Assembly: GCA_026389455.1 (NCBI GenBank)
Contig: JAPLHV010000157.1
Span: 10,786-74,785 of the forward strand
Reading direction: 5' to 3'
Source of the DNA: Coprothermobacterota bacterium
GTDB lineage: Bacteria; Caldisericota; JANLFM01
DNA: 64,000 nt
How positions within the stretch are numbered: position 1 is the stretch's first letter; each line of letters opens with the position of its first letter. The notes beneath the pieces are model-generated. The model made no database searches. It saw only the letters and a list, made by a program, of their open reading frames with translations, and had not been told where the DNA came from. A program made the translations under genes and the position numbers. Positions 20,014 to 28,814 of this stretch are shown one piece after another.

Positions 20014-21261
20014 ATGCATGAATCGTTGAGCGTCCCCTTGTGGGCTTCCATCCCTTTCCTCCTGATGCTCCTGGCCATCGCCCTGGGGCCCTTGTTCAAG
20101 CCGCACTGGTGGGAGAGAAACTACCCCTGGGTGGCGCTTGCCCTGGGGGCCGTAGTGATCCTGCTCTACCTCTTCTATTTCCGCACCCTGGCACCGCTGG
20201 GGGAGGTGGCCCTGGACTACTTCGCCTTCATCTGCCTGATCGGCTCCCTCTTTGTCGTTACAGGGGGGATCCTGATCCGCATCGAGGGGGTGGCTACCCC
20301 CTTCCTCAATACGGCCATTCTCCTCGTGGGAGCCATCATCTCCAACGTCATCGGCACCACCGGCGCCTCGATGCTGCTGATCCGTCCTTTCCTGCGTTTG
20401 AACAAGGGGAGGCTCTCTCCCTACCTGGTGGTCTTCTTCATCTTCCTGGTCTCCAACATCGGCGGCGCCTTGACCCCCATCGGCGACCCGCCCCTCTTCC
20501 TGGGCTTCCTCAAAGGAGTGCCCTTCTTCTGGCTGATCCCCCGGGTGTGGTTGATCTGGCTCTTCACCATCGCCCTCGTCCTGGCCGTCTTCTACTTCTT
20601 CGATGTGCGCAACCGTCGCGGCCTGGACGCCGAGCCCGCCTTCGCCGGACCCTTCCGGGTGCGGGCTTTCGGCCTCTACAACCTGGCCTTCCTGGCCGGG
20701 ATCATTCTGGCAGTGCTCTTCCTGCCCACTCCCTGGCGCGAGCTGGCCATGATCGGCTGTGCCCTGGCCTCTTTCCTCGTCACCCGTCCTTCCATGATCC
20801 ACGAGGACAATGCCTTCACCTTTGGCCCCATCCGCGAGGTGGCCATCCTCTTCGCCGGCATCTTCGTCACCATGCTGCCGGCCCTGGCCTGGCTGCGCGG
20901 CAACGCTCCGGCCCTTGGTCTGAGTACCCCCGGCCAATTCTACTGGGCTTCCGGCACCCTTTCCTCTTTTCTGGACAACGCCCCCACCTACCTCTCCTTC
21001 CTCAATACGGCCATCGGCTACACCGGCCTGGACGTGCCGGCCATGCTGCAACAGGCGCCGCAATTCATCGTGGCCATCTCGCTCGCTGCGGTCTTCTTCG
21101 GCGCAACAACCTACATCGGCAACGGGCCCAACTTCATGGTCAAGTCGATCTCCGAGACGGCCGGGGTGAAATGCCCCTCCTTCCTTGGCTATATAGCGCG
21201 TTTCTCCATCCCCATCCTGATCCCTATCTTCGCCTTGGTCTGGTTCCTCTTTTTGCGGTAG
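20014..21261 (+). CDS. ArsB/NhaD-superfamily ion transporter (putative Na+/H+ antiporter NhaD-like)
   Basis: 415-aa polytopic membrane protein with the duplicated hydrophobic repeat of the ArsB/NhaD/CitMHS fold; AAGGAGG RBS. Confidence 0.6.
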   Translation: MHESLSVPLWASIPFLLMLLAIALGPLFKPHWWERNYPWVALALGAVVILLYLFYFRTLAPLGEVALDYFAFICLIGSLFVVTGGILIRIEGVATPFLNTAILLVGAIISNVIGTTGASMLLIRPFLRLNKGRLSPYLVVFFIFLVSNIGGALTPIGDPPLFLGFLKGVPFFWLIPRVWLIWLFTIALVLAVFYFFDVRNRRGLDAEPAFAGPFRVRAFGLYNLAFLAGIILAVLFLPTPWRELAMIGCALASFLVTRPSMIHEDNAFTFGPIREVAILFAGIFVTMLPALAWLRGNAPALGLSTPGQFYWASGTLSSFLDNAPTYLSFLNTAIGYTGLDVPAMLQQAPQFIVAISLAAVFFGATTYIGNGPNFMVKSISETAGVKCPSFLGYIARFSIPILIPIFALVWFLFLR

Positions 21262-21295
21262 GGGAGCAGTGGTTCAGTAGTCAAGTGATTAAGTA

Positions 21296-22005
21296 ATTTA
21301 GTTCCTTCTCATTACAAGTGGGTAACCTACCAGCCTGCGGCAGGAGAAGACATGCTGCCGCAGGCTGTCTAGTCCAGCTACCCTGTAAATAGCCCCCGGC
21401 AGGGTGTTCATGGCGATAATGGTCTTAAAGAGTCTTGTCGACCCTGGGATGGGACCGTGGCGCCCCAGTGCGGCATCCTATTCTCATGGATCTACCGCGC
21501 CGCATCGTTCTTGCACGACTATGCGATCCTCCCCAAAGAGAACCTCCCTCAAGCGGTTTGACTAGACAGCCCCGGCAGCTCGATAGCCCCCGGCAGCCCG
21601 ATAGCCCCCGGCAGCCCGATAGCCCCCGGCAGCTCGATAGCCCCCGGCAGCCCGATAGCCCCCGGCAGCCCGATAGCCCCCGGCAGCTTGATAGCCCCCG
21701 GCAGCTTGATAGCCCCCGGCAGGGTGTTCTGTGACATGCTGCCGCAAGTTGATTTGTTGTCGTCAGCCTTAATAATCCCAGAGACATTGTTTCTAGACAT
21801 GCTGCCGCAGGCTGTTCTGTAGACATGCTGCCGCAGGCTGTTCTGTGCCCACTCGGGATGAGAAAGAGCAAGAGACATGCTGCCGCAAGTAGACATGCTG
21901 CCGCAGGTAGACATGCTGCCGCAGGTAGACATGCTGCCGCAGGTAGACATGCTGCCGCAGGTAGACATGCTGCCGCAGGTAGACATGCTGCCGCAGGCTG
22001 TTCTG
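21296..22005 (+). repeat. Composite non-coding repeat region, copy 1 of the ~140-bp element plus tandem arrays
   Basis: Hairpin at 21331-21367; 18-mer atagcccccggcagggtg at 21389-21406; motif gggaccgtggcgccccagtgcggcat at 21451-21476; eight 18-bp AGCCCCCGGCAGCYCGAT units at 21567-21726; 26-bp and 18-bp AGACATGCTGCCGCAGGT arrays at 21790-22000. Confidence 0.9.
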
Positions 22006-23241
22006 TTAAGTATTGGCTGGTTTAGAGATACGGTTCATCAACCACCGCAAGAGATAGATGCAGATGCCGATCAAGACCAGAGCCAAGAGGACTTTCCCCA
22101 TCCCTTGAAGGAGGATTTGCACTCCTACCCAGACGCTTGAGATGTTTCCGAAACGCAGGGCCAAATCCAACAGCACGCCCCCAGCCAACACGGAACCGAT
22201 TTGGCCTGAGACATTGGCGCTGGCGGCAGGCATCATCAAGTAGTTATGGCGGTCTTCCTTCTGCCCCATGATGTGTACCAGGCGGGCGGACATCGGGAAT
22301 GAGGAGAGCCCGGCCGCCCCGATCAAGGGGTTGACCTTCAAGCCGGCCGCATGCAACCCCTTTCCTACCAGGATGCCGATGGCAGTGGAGAGAGCGAAGG
22401 CCAACAAACCGAGGGCGAAAATCAGCAAGGTGTCGGCTCGTAAAAAGATATCTGCTTTCATTGTGGATCCAACGGCGATGCCCAAGAGCAGTGTGACTAA
22501 GCCGGCCAGGGTTTCTTTAGCTGTTTTGGCTAACATTTCTGTGACGCCGGAGGTGGCCAAGATATTTCCAAACATCAAGGCGCCGATCAGTGGAATGCTC
22601 ATCGGGCTCAAGAAACTGGTCAAGATCACGATCATGTATGGGAACGTTTTGATCATCCCATCATTGATCTTCACGGCACTGATTTCCATGCGCACCATTC
22701 GCTCCTTCTTGGTTGTCAGAAGGCGCATGATGGGAGGCTGGATGATTGGAACGAGAGCCATGTAGGAATAGGCAGCAAGGGTCACCGTGCCCAGTATCTG
22801 TGGCGCCAATAAGGAAGTGACGAAGATGGATGTTGGCCCATCGGCGCTGCCGATGACGCCGATGGATGCTGCTTCGAAGAGACTGAATCCCAAGAGCAAG
22901 GCGACGATCATGCTGCCGAAGATTCCGATCTGGCCGACTGCCCCAAAGATGATCAACCACGGCTTTTCCAAGAGCGGCCGAAAATCCATCATTGCGCCGA
23001 TGGAGATAAAAATCAGGAGAGGGAAGAACTCGTTTACCACGCCGTACTGGAAGAGGAGATCGAGGAAGGAGCCCGTCTCAGCAAGGGGGGAGAGCGGAAG
23101 GTTGACCAGTAGGATGCCGATCCCGATCGGCAGAAGGAGGAGAGGCTCATATTTTTGACGGACGGCGAGGTAGGTTAGCAAGAGACCCACGAGGATCATC
23201 ACCGCTTGCTTGAGGGTTGGGAGGTAGATGAAGTTTTCCAT
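22006..23241 (-). CDS. Na+-translocating decarboxylase beta subunit paralog (OadB family), not adjacent to other decarboxylase subunits
   Basis: 411 aa, clearly homologous to the ORF at 18559-19677. Confidence 0.75.
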   Translation of the reverse strand: MENFIYLPTLKQAVMILVGLLLTYLAVRQKYEPLLLLPIGIGILLVNLPLSPLAETGSFLDLLFQYGVVNEFFPLLIFISIGAMMDFRPLLEKPWLIIFGAVGQIGIFGSMIVALLLGFSLFEAASIGVIGSADGPTSIFVTSLLAPQILGTVTLAAYSYMALVPIIQPPIMRLLTTKKERMVRMEISAVKINDGMIKTFPYMIVILTSFLSPMSIPLIGALMFGNILATSGVTEMLAKTAKETLAGLVTLLLGIAVGSTMKADIFLRADTLLIFALGLLAFALSTAIGILVGKGLHAAGLKVNPLIGAAGLSSFPMSARLVHIMGQKEDRHNYLMMPAASANVSGQIGSVLAGGVLLDLALRFGNISSVWVGVQILLQGMGKVLLALVLIGICIYLLRWLMNRISKPANT

Positions 23242-23448
23242 ATCGTGATCCTTTCTGAACCCGCGGATTGGTTTATTTCACGAATGGCGTTAGTATAGCT
23301 AATCTGAAGGCTGCATGCAGTCGAACGATCACCCTTCCTGTTGTTTGAGGGGAATTGAGCGAAAGATTGGATCCCCCATCTTCTCAACCATGAACTCAAG
23401 GCCTTAGAATGGTATAAAGATCCAGCGAATGAGAGGAGAAAGTGACGC

Positions 23449-24309
23449 TTGATTAGACCGTTCAAGTACAGCAAACCGCGTTTCTTGAGGGAAGCGCTGG
23501 AAGCCTTGGAAAAAGAGAATGCCCGAGCCCTGGCTGGTGGAAGCGATCTTTTGGTAGAGTTGCGGGAAGGGAAGAGCCAAGCAGAGCACATTGTTGATGT
23601 GAAAGCCATTCCTGAGCTAAGTTGTTTCTCGATTGGCAAGGATGGGATCATTATCGGGGGGCAGTTAACACTCAATGAATTAGCAGAATCCAAGGAACTT
23701 GGGCAAACATGTCCTATCTTGGGTGACGCAGCCAGGACGGTGGCCACGCCGCAAGTGCGCAACCGGGCTACCCTGGTTGGAAATCTATGCACTGCTTCCC
23801 CTGCGGCCGATTTGGCGCCTCCACTTTTCGTGTTAGGCGCCGCTGTGGTTGTCGCTTCAAAAGAGGGAGAGCAAAGAATCCCGATCCAGCAGTTCTTCCA
23901 AGGACCGAAAAAGAACTGCTTACAGCCTGGCCAACTGGTCCTGCGGGTAGAGATCCCGCCACGCTCCACTGGACGAGGCGTGTTCATGAAGAAATCGCGC
24001 GTGCGAGGACATGATCTGGCTACCATCAATGTAGCAGGCTGGACAAATCCTCAAGCCGGCATCCTGCGCATTTGCATCGGGGCTTGTGGTCCCACCCCGG
24101 TATTGCTGACGAGCAGCGATGAGCTCTATCAGCGGGCGGTTTGCCGTGATGAGCTTCTTGATGGATTGGCCACGCTCGCCCAGGACCAAATTGCCCCAAT
24201 TGACGACTTGCGGGCATCTGCTGCGTACCGCCGCAGTCTGGTTACTGTTTTCCTGGGTCGGATGGTGCGGATTCTTTTCCCGGAGGAAGGAGGCTGGCCT
24301 CATGTTTGA
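23449..24309 (+). CDS. Mo-hydroxylase FAD-binding subunit (second copy)
   Basis: AGGSDLL motif; TTG start 10 nt after GAGGAG; paralog of the ORF at 1189-2067. Confidence 0.75.
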   Translation: MIRPFKYSKPRFLREALEALEKENARALAGGSDLLVELREGKSQAEHIVDVKAIPELSCFSIGKDGIIIGGQLTLNELAESKELGQTCPILGDAARTVATPQVRNRATLVGNLCTASPAADLAPPLFVLGAAVVVASKEGEQRIPIQQFFQGPKKNCLQPGQLVLRVEIPPRSTGRGVFMKKSRVRGHDLATINVAGWTNPQAGILRICIGACGPTPVLLTSSDELYQRAVCRDELLDGLATLAQDQIAPIDDLRASAAYRRSLVTVFLGRMVRILFPEEGGWPHV

Positions 24310-24832
24310 TGAAACCCCACAGAACACCCTGCCGGGGGCTATCAAGCTGCCGGGGGCTGTTTACACGATCAGCGTTGAAGTAAACGGGAAAGCATGCACC
24401 GAGGAGGCGCCTGCTCAGATGACTTTGCTGCAATTCCTGCGCGAACGGCTATTTTTGACCGGGGCCAAGGAGGGTTGCGGAGTAGGGGAGTGTGGCGCCT
24501 GCACGGTGCTTCTAAATGGGCGAGCTGTTGATGCCTGTTTAGTCCTGGCAGTGGAGGCAGACCAGGCCAGTGTCCGCACGGTGGAAGGGGAAGCCAGGGA
24601 TGGAGAATTGACTCTCCTTCAGCGAGCCTTCATCGAGCACGGCGCGGTGCAATGCGGCTTCTGCACTTCGGGAATGCTTTTATCGGCACAGAGCTTGTTG
24701 GAGAGTAACCCTCATCCCAACAGAGAAGAGATCGTAGAAGCCATCTCCGGCAACCTTTGCCGCTGTACCGGCTACGTGCAGATTCTGGAGGCGATTGAAG
24801 CGGTTGGAGAGGGAATGGAGGAGGGCGGATGA
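24302..24832 (+). CDS. Mo-hydroxylase [2Fe-2S] subunit (second copy); N-terminal ~20 aa encoded by the dispersed repeat
   Basis: CGVGECGACTV, CGFCTSGM and CRCTGY motifs; ATG 24302 overlaps the upstream stop (ATGTTTGA); residues 6-17 (TLPGAIKLPGAV) are encoded by the CACCCTGCCGGGGGCTAT repeat. Confidence 0.75.
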   Translation: MFDETPQNTLPGAIKLPGAVYTISVEVNGKACTEEAPAQMTLLQFLRERLFLTGAKEGCGVGECGACTVLLNGRAVDACLVLAVEADQASVRTVEGEARDGELTLLQRAFIEHGAVQCGFCTSGMLLSAQSLLESNPHPNREEIVEAISGNLCRCTGYVQILEAIEAVGEGMEEGG

Positions 24833-27258
24833 GCGCTGATCAGGATTACAAATACATCGGCAAAGGGATCTCCCGCCTGGATGGGCCGGAGAAAGTAACC
24901 GGCAGCGCCATGTTCGTACACGACATGACCCTGCCGGGGATGCTCTATGGCAAGATGGTGAAGTCTCCCCACGCTTGCGCGCGCATCGTTTCCATCGATA
25001 TCAGCGAAGCGGAGAAGTCGCCGGGCGTGCGCGCTGTTCTCGTCGGTAGAGAGCTGCCCTACAAGGTTGGCATCTACATGATCGACAAAGACATCCTGGC
25101 CAAAGAGGTAGCCCGCTACCATGGAGAGCCGGTGGTGGCAATCGCCGCACAGAGCGAGTTGGCCGCCGAGGAGGCTTGTGCCAAGGTGAAGATTGTGTGG
25201 GAGGCGTTGCCCGCTGTGCTCGACCCGCGCGAAGGATTGTCTCCAGCAGCCCCCTTGGTTCATCCAGAGTTGGCGAGCTATAGCTACATGAAGGGTGTCT
25301 TTCAACCTCAACCCGGCACCAACATCTCCCACCACCAGAAGATCCGTAAGGGTGATGTGGAGATAGCTCTTGCCAAAGCGGACGTAGTTTGGGAAGCCAA
25401 GTTCTACAACCCTCCCGTGCAGCATGTTGCCATGGAGACGCACACCTGCATCGCTCAAGCTTTGCCCGGCTCCCAAGTTCAAATCTGGACTTCAGCCCAA
25501 TCTCCCTTCACCGTGCGCAACCTCTTCTCAGCCTGCTTCGGCATCCCTCATCAAAATATCCGTGTCCATGTTCCCTACGTGGGAGGCGGTTTCGGCGGAA
25601 AAGCCGGCATTCACCTGGAGCCGTTGGCATATCTCCTATCCCAAAAAGCGGGAGGGCGTCCAGTCAAACTGACCATGACCCGCGAAGAGGAGTTCGGCGC
25701 CATGCCTTCCCGCCAAGGTCTTTACAGCCAGTTCACCACTGGCGCCACGCGCGAAGGGAAGATCATCTCTTTGGTCGCAAAGTACATTTGGGACGCCGGC
25801 GCCTATGCGGACTATGGGGTAAATGTTGGGCGAGCGGCCTCCTATTCGGGAGCCGGTCCCTACGAAATACCGAACTGCCATATCGATTCTTTGGTGGTCT
25901 ATACCAATAAGGTGTTCGGCACAGCTTATCGCGGCTTCGGCCATTTGGAAGCGCTCTGGGGAATCGAGCGAAACATGGACATCGGCGCTCGCCGGCTTGG
26001 CTTGGACCCAGTGGAGTTCCGCCGGCGCAATGTGTTGCGTCCTGGAGCAAAGACGATTACAGGTGAGACAGTGACCGAGCACACCGGCCGTGTCGACCTC
26101 TGCTTGGAGAAAGTTGCCGAGGAGATCGGCTGGAATGGGATTCAGACGGAGGAGGAGAGGGCACAAGCGATGGCCGGCGGAAAGGTGCGGGGAAAGGGAG
26201 TGGCTCTGCTGCACAAAGCCCCGGCGATGCCTGTCTTCACTTCCAGCGCCGCCCTGCTGAAGTTCAACGAGAATGGCTCGGTGGATCTCCTCACCTCGAT
26301 CATCGACTACGGTCAAGGAACCTACACCGCTCTTGCTCAAGCTGCAGCAGAGGAGTTGAAGATGCCCATCGAGCGGATTCAAGTTCCCTGGGAAAGTGAC
26401 ACTGCTATGACTCCTTATGACTGGCAGACAGTCGCCAGCCGCGGCGCTTTCATGGGCTGCAAGGCAGTGATTGCAGCGGCCCGTGACGCGTTGCAGCAGA
26501 TCAAGGAAACTGCCAGTCAGGTATTGCGGGCGCCGGTGGAAGAGCTGGTGTGCCGGGACGAGGTAGTTTTCGTCGCCCATCGCCCAGAAGAATGCCTTTC
26601 CTATCGAGAGGTAGTGATGGGGTACAGCTACCCCAACGGGAACTCCATCGGTGGACCGGTGATCGGCCGAGGTCACTACATCGCCCAGGGGCTGACCCAT
26701 CTTGACTTGGAAACAGGGCAGGGTTTACCCGCTCTGGATTGGACCTACGGCGCCCATGGGGCAGAGATCGAGGTGGATCTGGACACTGGGGAGATCACCG
26801 TGCTCAACCTGGCTACCGCTCTTGACGTCGGCCAGGTGCTAAACGCCCAATCCCTGCGTGGGCAGATCATCGGCGGCGTGGTGCAAGGGTTGGGGAGCGC
26901 CTTGTTGGAGGAGTTCCGCTTCTCACCCCAAGGCCGGCTGCTGAATGCCGGATTCGTCGATTATAAGATTCCAACCAGCAAGGATCTGCCCAGGAAGATG
27001 AGCCAGCATATAATCCTGACGGAACAGTTGGACGGGCCGTATGGAGCCCGCGGAGTGGCTGAACACCCCATGATATCAGTGCCAGGCGCGATCGGGAATG
27101 CTCTTTATGATGCCCTGGGAATTGATTTCTTCGAGTTGCCCCTGAATGCGGAGCGCGTTTGGCTGGGAATCCAGCGAAAGAGAAGTGAGACCCAGGACAC
27201 CCTGCCGGGGGCTATCAAGTTGCCGCGGGCTATACACTTGGATAAGGGAGGCGCCTGA
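24829..27258 (+). CDS. Mo-hydroxylase molybdopterin-binding large subunit (second copy)
   Basis: 809 aa; GGGFGGKAG motif; ATGA start/stop overlap; last ~20 aa (QDTLPGAIKLPRAIHLDKGGA) are encoded by the dispersed repeat. Confidence 0.85.
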   Translation: MSADQDYKYIGKGISRLDGPEKVTGSAMFVHDMTLPGMLYGKMVKSPHACARIVSIDISEAEKSPGVRAVLVGRELPYKVGIYMIDKDILAKEVARYHGEPVVAIAAQSELAAEEACAKVKIVWEALPAVLDPREGLSPAAPLVHPELASYSYMKGVFQPQPGTNISHHQKIRKGDVEIALAKADVVWEAKFYNPPVQHVAMETHTCIAQALPGSQVQIWTSAQSPFTVRNLFSACFGIPHQNIRVHVPYVGGGFGGKAGIHLEPLAYLLSQKAGGRPVKLTMTREEEFGAMPSRQGLYSQFTTGATREGKIISLVAKYIWDAGAYADYGVNVGRAASYSGAGPYEIPNCHIDSLVVYTNKVFGTAYRGFGHLEALWGIERNMDIGARRLGLDPVEFRRRNVLRPGAKTITGETVTEHTGRVDLCLEKVAEEIGWNGIQTEEERAQAMAGGKVRGKGVALLHKAPAMPVFTSSAALLKFNENGSVDLLTSIIDYGQGTYTALAQAAAEELKMPIERIQVPWESDTAMTPYDWQTVASRGAFMGCKAVIAAARDALQQIKETASQVLRAPVEELVCRDEVVFVAHRPEECLSYREVVMGYSYPNGNSIGGPVIGRGHYIAQGLTHLDLETGQGLPALDWTYGAHGAEIEVDLDTGEITVLNLATALDVGQVLNAQSLRGQIIGGVVQGLGSALLEEFRFSPQGRLLNAGFVDYKIPTSKDLPRKMSQHIILTEQLDGPYGARGVAEHPMISVPGAIGNALYDALGIDFFELPLNAERVWLGIQRKRSETQDTLPGAIKLPRAIHLDKGGA

Positions 27259-28814
27259 TGCAACGCCTCGTCGTGAAGAAAGACCAATACCGCGACTCGG
27301 TTTCCCTGATGCAGCTCTCATTGGAGCTGAAGGAAGGGGCGGGTCTGGAGGAAGCATTCGTGGCGATGGGCGTCCCCGCCAACCGGGAAATCCTCGCCAA
27401 GATGGGCATTTCCAAGGATCAGTTGGATGGGGTTGGCCCCAATGATCTGCTGATTGCCCTCTTGGCGGAAGATGACGCGTCGATCGAAAAAGCTTTGCTA
27501 GCCATCCCAGCATTGATGGAGGGAACCTGCGCGCAACCCGAAGGAGGCGAAGCCTACCAGCCGCGCACTCTTGAGCAAGCGCTGCGCCAACTTCCTCAGG
27601 CCAATCTGGTGCTGATCTCCAATCCGGGTCCCTATGCCTCTGGTGAAGCGAGAAGGGCCTTGGAGAAAGGGCTCCACGTGATGATCTTCTCGGACAATGT
27701 GCCCCTCGAGGAGGAGATCGCTCTGAAGAAACTGGCCCAGCAGCGCGGTCTTCTATTGATGGGTCCGGATTGCGGCACCGCATTGCTCAACGGCAAACCT
27801 CTTTGTTTCGCCAACGTCGTGCCATCCGGAGCGATCGGCATCGTTGGCGCCTCTGGCACCGGAATTCAGGAAGTCAGTTGCGCCATCGCCCGGTTAGGAG
27901 AAGGGGTTTCCCAAGCCATCGGTACGGGCGGACGCGATTTGAGCCGGGAAGTGGGCGGCTTGATGGTGGCTGAAGGGATTAAGGCGTTGGCCCAAGATTC
28001 GCAGACTCAAGTCATCGTGGTGATCTCTAAACCGCCCGCCCCGGAAGTAGCCAAACGGGTCACTGACCAGTTGGTCTCCTGTGGAAAACCTAGCGTGGTC
28101 TGTTTTATTGGGGAAAAACAACAATCCAACGAGGGAACCCTCTGGTTCGCAGGCAGTCTCGCTATGGCTGCCTCTTCGGCTGTCGCCCTTCGCCGCGGGG
28201 AAACACCCGGTCCACTCATTCAGGATGATAACCTGTTGGAGCGAATCGCCACCGAGGAAACTTCCGGGATGAGTGAGAAGCAGCGCTTCCTGCGCGGACT
28301 CTATACCGGGGGCACCCTGGCTGATGAAGCCATTTGCCTGCTGGAGCAGGAAGTTGGCCCTATCTATTCCAACATCCATAAAGAAAAGGAGTTCCAGTTG
28401 ACAGATCCAACCCGCTCGCGGGAGAACACGATCATCGATTTGGGAGATGATTATTTTACCCGAGGGAAGCCGCACCCAATGATTGATCCTTCTGGGCGGG
28501 CCACTCGGATGATAGAGGAGGCGGAAGATCCTGAAGTGGCTGTGCTCTTATTGGACCTGGTCTTGGGATATGGATCGCACCCCGATCCGGCTGGAGCGAT
28601 CTACTCGGCAGTGACTGGAGCAAAAGAAGCGGCTCGCGCCAGGGGCGGGCATTTGGCGGTGATCGCCTCCATCACCGGAACCGCCGGCGATCCGCAAGGG
28701 CTGCAGCGCCAGCGGGAAACTCTGGAAAGGGCTGGGTGCCGCGTGATGGCTTCCAACTGGGAGGCTGCCACCCTGGTTGAACGCATCCTGCAAGATCGGG
28801 CGGTGCGGTCATGA
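27258..28814 (+). CDS. fdrA: FdrA-like protein (CoA-binding / succinyl-CoA-synthetase-alpha-like fold)
   Basis: N-terminus KKDQYRDSVSLMQLS...MGVPANREIL matches the E. coli FdrA N-terminus as recalled from memory; ATG overlaps the upstream stop. Confidence 0.65.
   Translation: MQRLVVKKDQYRDSVSLMQLSLELKEGAGLEEAFVAMGVPANREILAKMGISKDQLDGVGPNDLLIALLAEDDASIEKALLAIPALMEGTCAQPEGGEAYQPRTLEQALRQLPQANLVLISNPGPYASGEARRALEKGLHVMIFSDNVPLEEEIALKKLAQQRGLLLMGPDCGTALLNGKPLCFANVVPSGAIGIVGASGTGIQEVSCAIARLGEGVSQAIGTGGRDLSREVGGLMVAEGIKALAQDSQTQVIVVISKPPAPEVAKRVTDQLVSCGKPSVVCFIGEKQQSNEGTLWFAGSLAMAASSAVALRRGETPGPLIQDDNLLERIATEETSGMSEKQRFLRGLYTGGTLADEAICLLEQEVGPIYSNIHKEKEFQLTDPTRSRENTIIDLGDDYFTRGKPHPMIDPSGRATRMIEEAEDPEVAVLLLDLVLGYGSHPDPAGAIYSAVTGAKEAARARGGHLAVIASITGTAGDPQGLQRQRETLERAGCRVMASNWEAATLVERILQDRAVRS

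Noticed and set aside
19966-21296. Long ORFs 19966-21063 (minus strand) and 20040-21296 (plus strand, other frame) overlapping the NhaD-like gene, rich in Arg, Gly and Pro.
   Set aside because: These are typical high-GC shadow ORFs. Only the 20014-21261 frame gives a hydrophobic multi-TM protein with an RBS.
21567-22000. Possible CRISPR array, considered because of regularly spaced 18-bp repeats here and at 60883-61051.
   Set aside because: Units abut each other with no unique spacers, the repeat length of 18 bp is below typical CRISPR repeats, and no cas genes are present. They are tandem satellite-like arrays of the dispersed 18-mer.
21425-22140. ORFs translating the repeat arrays (MSTCGSMSTCGS..., SPRQPDSPRQ..., MLPQVDMLPQVD...).
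   Set aside because: Their periodicity is imposed by the 18-bp DNA repeat, they have no RBS, and the same arrays occur in all frames and both strands. The region is treated as non-coding.
24119-24301. Upstream extension of the second 2Fe-2S subunit ORF (track start at 24119).
   Set aside because: It overlaps the 3' end of the FAD-subunit gene in another frame. ATG 24302, coupled to the upstream stop, is the plausible start.
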